Part shown: positions 59,780-64,000 of the stretch, in pieces | Numbering within the stretch: the first letter of the stretch is position 1 | How the letters are laid out: the number at the start of each line of letters is the position of its first letter | NCBI GenBank assembly: GCA_963720755.1 | Contig: CAVRGP010000002.1 | Coordinates: 256,001 to 320,000 of the forward strand | Direction of reading: 5' to 3' | From: an uncultured Chloroflexia bacterium | GTDB taxonomy: Bacteria; Chloroflexota; Limnocylindria; Limnocylindrales; CSP1-4 | DNA: 64,000 bases | Program-made: the position numbers and the translations under genes | Notes under the pieces: generated by a model | Databases searched by the model: none | Seen by the model: the letters and a program-made list of their open reading frames with translations, nothing else | Told to the model about the DNA's origin: nothing

Positions 59780-62188
59780 CCGGACGCTCCCGCCGCCGGG
59801 GGCATCCCATTTCATTGGGCGGGCATCCAGGGATCTATCAGGATCCCGGCGCGCCGGGGCGCGGCCGTGGGGTTGGGTCGGGGCAGCGAGCGTCGCAATC
59901 CGGGGAATCGGTTGGACGAGGCGTTCCCCGGCTGTCAGGACGATCGAATGACCGAAGTGGAAAACCGTCAGCGGTGGACCCTCCAACAACAAGTAGGCCG
60001 CCGCCGCCGGGGTGATCTGGACAAGTAGGCGTCGTCCGGCGAACCGCATGCGGAAAGCCAGTCCGGTCAGCGCCTCCGGCAGCCGAGGTGCGAATCTGAG
60101 TACCCCGCCGTTGGCGCGCATTCCGCCGAAGCCCGCGACGAGAGCCGTCCACACGCCAGCCAGGGAGGCGATGTGCAGGCCGTCGCGGCTGTTGTGCTCG
60201 AGGTCGCCCAGGTCCATCAAAGCAGCCTCGCCGAGATAGTCATGGGCCAATTTCAGGTGGCCGACCTCGGCAGCCATCACCGCCTGGCTGCACGCCGAGA
60301 GCGACGAGTCCCGCACCGTGAGCTTCTCGTAGTAGGCGAAATTGCGCGCCTTCTGCTCGGTGGTGAACGCCTCCGGGAAATGTTGCATTGCGAGCACCAG
60401 GTCGGCCTGTTTGACGACTTGTTGACGGTACAGATCGAAATAGTGGAAATGATGCATCAACGGATAGTGCTCCGCCGGGGTAGTGGCAAAGTCCCAAACC
60501 CGATGTGTGGTGAAACTTTCGGCCTGTGGATGCACCCCGAGCACCTCGTCGTAGGGAACGAACATCGCGTCCGCCGCCGCTTGCCACCGGGTCAGCTCCG
60601 CGTCGTCGATGCCGAGTTGTCGAGCGCGGTCGAGGTGCCGTTGACCGGCCTCGGCGGCGGCGCGGAGGTTCTGCTGCGCCATCAGGTTGGTGTAGACGTT
60701 GTTGTCCGCCAATGCGCTGTACTCGTCCGGACCGGTCACCCCGTCGATCCGGAAGCGACCTTGTCCGTTGTGGTATCCCAACGAGCACCACAGCCTCGCC
60801 GTCTCCGCCAGGAGTTCGAGTCCGACGTCCCGTTCGAACTCGACGTCGCCGGTGGCCTCGACGTACCGAACCGCCGCGGCGGCAACATCTGCCCCGACAT
60901 GGAAGGCAGCTGTGCTCGCCGGCCAGTACCCGGAGCACTCCTCTCCATGAATCGTTCGCCACGGGAACGCCGCACCCGCCAGACCCAATTCCCCGGCGCG
61001 CTCCACTGCCAGTCCCAGGGTGCTGTGCCGCCATCGCAGCGCGTTGGCCACTGTCTGCGGAAGGCTGTACATCAGGACCGGCAGGACGAAAGACTCGGTG
61101 TCCCAAAAACTGTGACCGTCATATCCGGAACCGGTCAACCCTTTCGCCGGGATCGCTCGACCCTCGGCGCGCGCGCCCGCCTGCAGCACATGGAACAGCG
61201 CGAACCGCGCTGCCTGCTGGACCTGCGGGTCGCCGTCGATCTCGACGTCCGCCCCGGCCCAGTAGTCGTCCAGGTAGACGCATTGCTCCGCCACCAAACC
61301 TTCCCAGCCGGTGCGCATTGCCGCTGCCAGCGCCGCCGCCGCTTGATCGCGCACGGCACCCGACGAATGCGCACCCGACCAGCTGTGCGCGACGAACTTG
61401 ACCAATCGCAACCGTTGGCCGGGCTGCAGGATGGCCGACACCGTGACCCGACCCAGGTCGGGAAGCGCTTCGGAGCGCACTTGCAGGGGTTCTGGTCCCT
61501 CGACCACGTGGTCCATCGCCACCGCGACCCGCAAACCGCTGCGCCGGGTGCGGTGCACCAGGCCCGCGCTCGTTGCCGTGGGCGCGGAGTATTCCTCGCC
61601 GACCAACGCTGTCTGCAGCCAGGCCGTCGCCCGCGGGTCGCCACCAGCCGGTGGGAGTTCTTCGTTGGCCACCAATTCCGACTGCAGCACAATCCGTAGC
61701 GGGCGGTTGACCGCCTCCACCTGGTAGCGGATGGCACCGATAGACCGCTGGGTGAGGGACACCAGCCTGGTCGAGGTCACCCGGACGGCCCCACCGGCCG
61801 CGGAGACCCAGTCGGCCGTGCGGTGCAGCAGCCCGGTACGGAAATCCAGCCGGCGTTCATGTCCGGACAGGGTGCCGTCGCGGACGTCGAAGGGTTCGTC
61901 GTCGACCAGTAACCTGATCAATTTGCCGTTCGTCGCGTTGAGCATCGTCTGACCCGATTCAGGGAAGCCGAACCCGGCCTCCCCGTAGGGCAACGGGTGT
62001 AGCTCGTACAAGCCGCTCAGGTACGACCCGGGCAGCCCGTATGGCTCGCCTTCATCCAGGTTCCCCCGCCAACCGATGTGCCCGTTCGACACGGCGAAAA
62101 GTGACTCGGTCTGCGCCAACAGATGGGGGTCGAGGCCAGTGGCCCGTAGGCACCACGGTTCGACAGCGAAGGCTGGATGACTGATCAC
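59717..62188 (-). CDS. Glycoside hydrolase family 65 (trehalose/maltose/kojibiose phosphorylase-like, Rv3401-like)
   Basis: ESLFAVSNG, KGLTGSGYDGHSFWDTE, GPDEY, VKQADL, DSSLS. Confidence 0.93.
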   Translation of the reverse strand: MISHPAFAVEPWCLRATGLDPHLLAQTESLFAVSNGHIGWRGNLDEGEPYGLPGSYLSGLYELHPLPYGEAGFGFPESGQTMLNATNGKLIRLLVDDEPFDVRDGTLSGHERRLDFRTGLLHRTADWVSAAGGAVRVTSTRLVSLTQRSIGAIRYQVEAVNRPLRIVLQSELVANEELPPAGGDPRATAWLQTALVGEEYSAPTATSAGLVHRTRRSGLRVAVAMDHVVEGPEPLQVRSEALPDLGRVTVSAILQPGQRLRLVKFVAHSWSGAHSSGAVRDQAAAALAAAMRTGWEGLVAEQCVYLDDYWAGADVEIDGDPQVQQAARFALFHVLQAGARAEGRAIPAKGLTGSGYDGHSFWDTESFVLPVLMYSLPQTVANALRWRHSTLGLAVERAGELGLAGAAFPWRTIHGEECSGYWPASTAAFHVGADVAAAAVRYVEATGDVEFERDVGLELLAETARLWCSLGYHNGQGRFRIDGVTGPDEYSALADNNVYTNLMAQQNLRAAAEAGQRHLDRARQLGIDDAELTRWQAAADAMFVPYDEVLGVHPQAESFTTHRVWDFATTPAEHYPLMHHFHYFDLYRQQVVKQADLVLAMQHFPEAFTTEQKARNFAYYEKLTVRDSSLSACSQAVMAAEVGHLKLAHDYLGEAALMDLGDLEHNSRDGLHIASLAGVWTALVAGFGGMRANGGVLRFAPRLPEALTGLAFRMRFAGRRLLVQITPAAAAYLLLEGPPLTVFHFGHSIVLTAGERLVQPIPRIATLAAPTQPHGRAPARRDPDRSLDARPMKWDAPGGGSVRSASAEQHRQVNDDDIGAVPA

Positions 62189-62221
62189 AGGTCAGCGACC
62201 GATCTTCAGCGGAACCGGACC

Positions 62222-64000
62222 TCATCGGGGTGGCGATGATGGGACGCCGGGCTTGGACAGCGGGTCCAGCCGCCATGAATGCAGGGGCCGCAACAGGGCA
62301 TTCTTCTTGTCGTGGTGACCGGTCATCCGGTCCAGGATGTCGGCCAGGGCCGCTACCGCATCCAGAATGTATGGCCCTTTGTTCAGCATGACACACTCGG
62401 CCCGCACGCCCATCGCCGCGTCGGTGATTTCCGCCCGCGACGGCTGACCGGTACGCGCGAGCTGGTCCAGCACCTGGGTCGCCCAGATGACCGGTAGGTG
62501 CGCGGCCTCGGACAGCCACAAGATCTCTTCCTGGAGTTCGGCGAGCCGCTCGTAGCCACATTCACCGGCCAGGTCGCCACGGGCGATCATCACCCCGGTG
62601 TGCGGGCGGCGCATCGCAGCGAACAACATCGCCGGCAGGTTGCGGAAACCCTGTGCGGTCTCGATCTTCAGGACGATACCCAGACGATTGTCATTGACCT
62701 CCTCCAAAGCCGTCAACAGGTCCTGCACGTCCTGCGGCGTACGGACGAACGACAACTCGACGAGATCGGCCTGCGCAATGATGAAGGGCAGGTTCGCCCG
62801 GTCTGCGGCGGTGAGAGCTGCGACCGGCAGCACGGTATCGGGCAGATTGATGCCCTTCGCAGCCCGCAGCCGAGAACCATCGACCGCAGCGTGGGTGATC
62901 TGGACAGTGAATTCATCATCCCCGGTGTCGATCACTTCACCGATCATCTTGCCGTCGTCGAGGTGTACAGCGTGACCGACCTGCACCTGACCGAAGGTCT
63001 CCGGCAGCGTGCACCCGATGCGCGGAACACCGCCGGCGGGGATTGGTGCGGGTGTGCAATCGCGAGTCAGAATCAGACTGTCCCCGCGGCGCAAAGTCAG
63101 GAACTGTTCGATCGCCGGGACCGAGTCGACGGTGGCCCGATCCCCGCCGCGCGTCCGCAGTACGGTCCCGGTGGCGATGTAGGCGGTCTGCCGGGCGGAG
63201 ACCAACGCGCCACCACCCTGGGTTGATTCGACGGTCACATGGCGCCGGGAACCCCGGGTGTCGGCGAATTCGATTCTGTCGGCCGGTGACAGACCTGCGA
63301 CCCATCTCACGGGCACTGGCAGCACCGGCATACCCGGAGTCGGTGGCGGGACAGGGTTCTCGACCGGGCTGAGCCAGCACCACGCCGGGGTGGTCACCCG
63401 GCCGAGGGTGTCCCGGGTGGGACGCAGTTTCAACACCCGCGGACCGTCTTCCAGCGGCCCGGTCCGCAATTTTGGCCCCGGCAGGTCCATTGCCACCCGG
63501 CACACCCGGCCGGCAGCCGCGCTCGCCGCACGGACATTGGTGATCATCGCCGCCCACGCCGCTGGGTCGTCGTGGGCGCAGTTCACCCGGGCAATGTCCA
63601 TGCCCTGCTCGACGAGACCGCGGACCAGGGCTTGATCGGTCGCAGCCTCCGGCGGCAACGTCACCATGATCCGGGTCTGCCGATCAGCCGGCTCCGGCCC
63701 GAGCAACTCGACAGCGCGACGCCGCAGCAGGCGCGGCCCTTCGCCGAAACCGGCCACATCGCGGCGAGGCGCACCAGGGTGTCCCGCCAACGCCTCGATG
63801 GTCGCGGCGATCGCCTCGACCGTGGCTCGCACGTGCGGTTCCGAGCGCCCCAGCGAAGACAGACCCAACGCCGCCAGCTGCTGCTGCAGTTCCCGCAGAT
63901 CGGATTGCCGGATCGCCCAGTAGTGCGCCAGATTCACTGCACTGCTGAGGTTCGATTCGTCAACTCCGGCGATCTGGACCGCCCATTGCGCCTCTGCTTC
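62222..64000 (-). CDS. pyk: Atypical long pyruvate kinase (PRK08187/PRK14725-like), 5' end outside window
   Basis: GLSSLGRSE, RIMVTLP, RVNCAHD, DLPGPKLRTG, LKIET, MIARGDL, WATQVL, AECVMLNKG; frame open to window edge. Confidence 0.9.
   Translation of the reverse strand, partial: EAEAQWAVQIAGVDESNLSSAVNLAHYWAIRQSDLRELQQQLAALGLSSLGRSEPHVRATVEAIAATIEALAGHPGAPRRDVAGFGEGPRLLRRRAVELLGPEPADRQTRIMVTLPPEAATDQALVRGLVEQGMDIARVNCAHDDPAAWAAMITNVRAASAAAGRVCRVAMDLPGPKLRTGPLEDGPRVLKLRPTRDTLGRVTTPAWCWLSPVENPVPPPTPGMPVLPVPVRWVAGLSPADRIEFADTRGSRRHVTVESTQGGGALVSARQTAYIATGTVLRTRGGDRATVDSVPAIEQFLTLRRGDSLILTRDCTPAPIPAGGVPRIGCTLPETFGQVQVGHAVHLDDGKMIGEVIDTGDDEFTVQITHAAVDGSRLRAAKGINLPDTVLPVAALTAADRANLPFIIAQADLVELSFVRTPQDVQDLLTALEEVNDNRLGIVLKIETAQGFRNLPAMLFAAMRRPHTGVMIARGDLAGECGYERLAELQEEILWLSEAAHLPVIWATQVLDQLARTGQPSRAEITDAAMGVRAECVMLNKGPYILDAVAALADILDRMTGHHDKKNALLRPLHSWRLDPLSKPGVPSSPPR

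Noticed and set aside
1-64000. Numerous long antisense and alternative-frame ORFs rich in Arg/Pro/Gly
   Set aside because: Expected shadow ORFs in high-GC DNA overlapping well-supported genes.

Overview
High-GC bacterial window with two parts joined abruptly at ~11382. Part 1 (1-11382) is a mosaic accessory region: a LuxR regulon, oxidoreductase, epoxide-type hydrolase, MazEF-type TA, two DUF4386 genes, an MDR dehydrogenase and an intact IS481. It is punctuated by two identical 16-bp copies of a tRNA-Pro 3' end (5240-5255, 9334-9349). Each copy is preceded by a related eroded reading frame that runs through it (GRGER), and scraps of one small HTH gene are scattered across the region. I read this as a tandem stack of decayed tRNA-Pro-targeting islands. 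Part 2 (11383-64000) is an actinomycete chromosome (Nakamurella-like by inference) with the order DUF1998 helicase-hppA-topA-MFS/tmk-holB-PSP1(ricT)-tRNA-Thr. The TMK domain of the MFS fusion has lost its P-loop. A LysR/flavin-monooxygenase catabolic island splits holB from ricT. There is a small islet at tRNA-Lys and a DosR-regulon-like block (USP, PNPOx-like, DUF1918, beta-PGM, GH65, atypical pyruvate kinase) with Dev-box-like sites. Many genes, including holB, carry single-base frameshifts typical of long-read assembly error. All family assignments come from motif recognition, not database searches.
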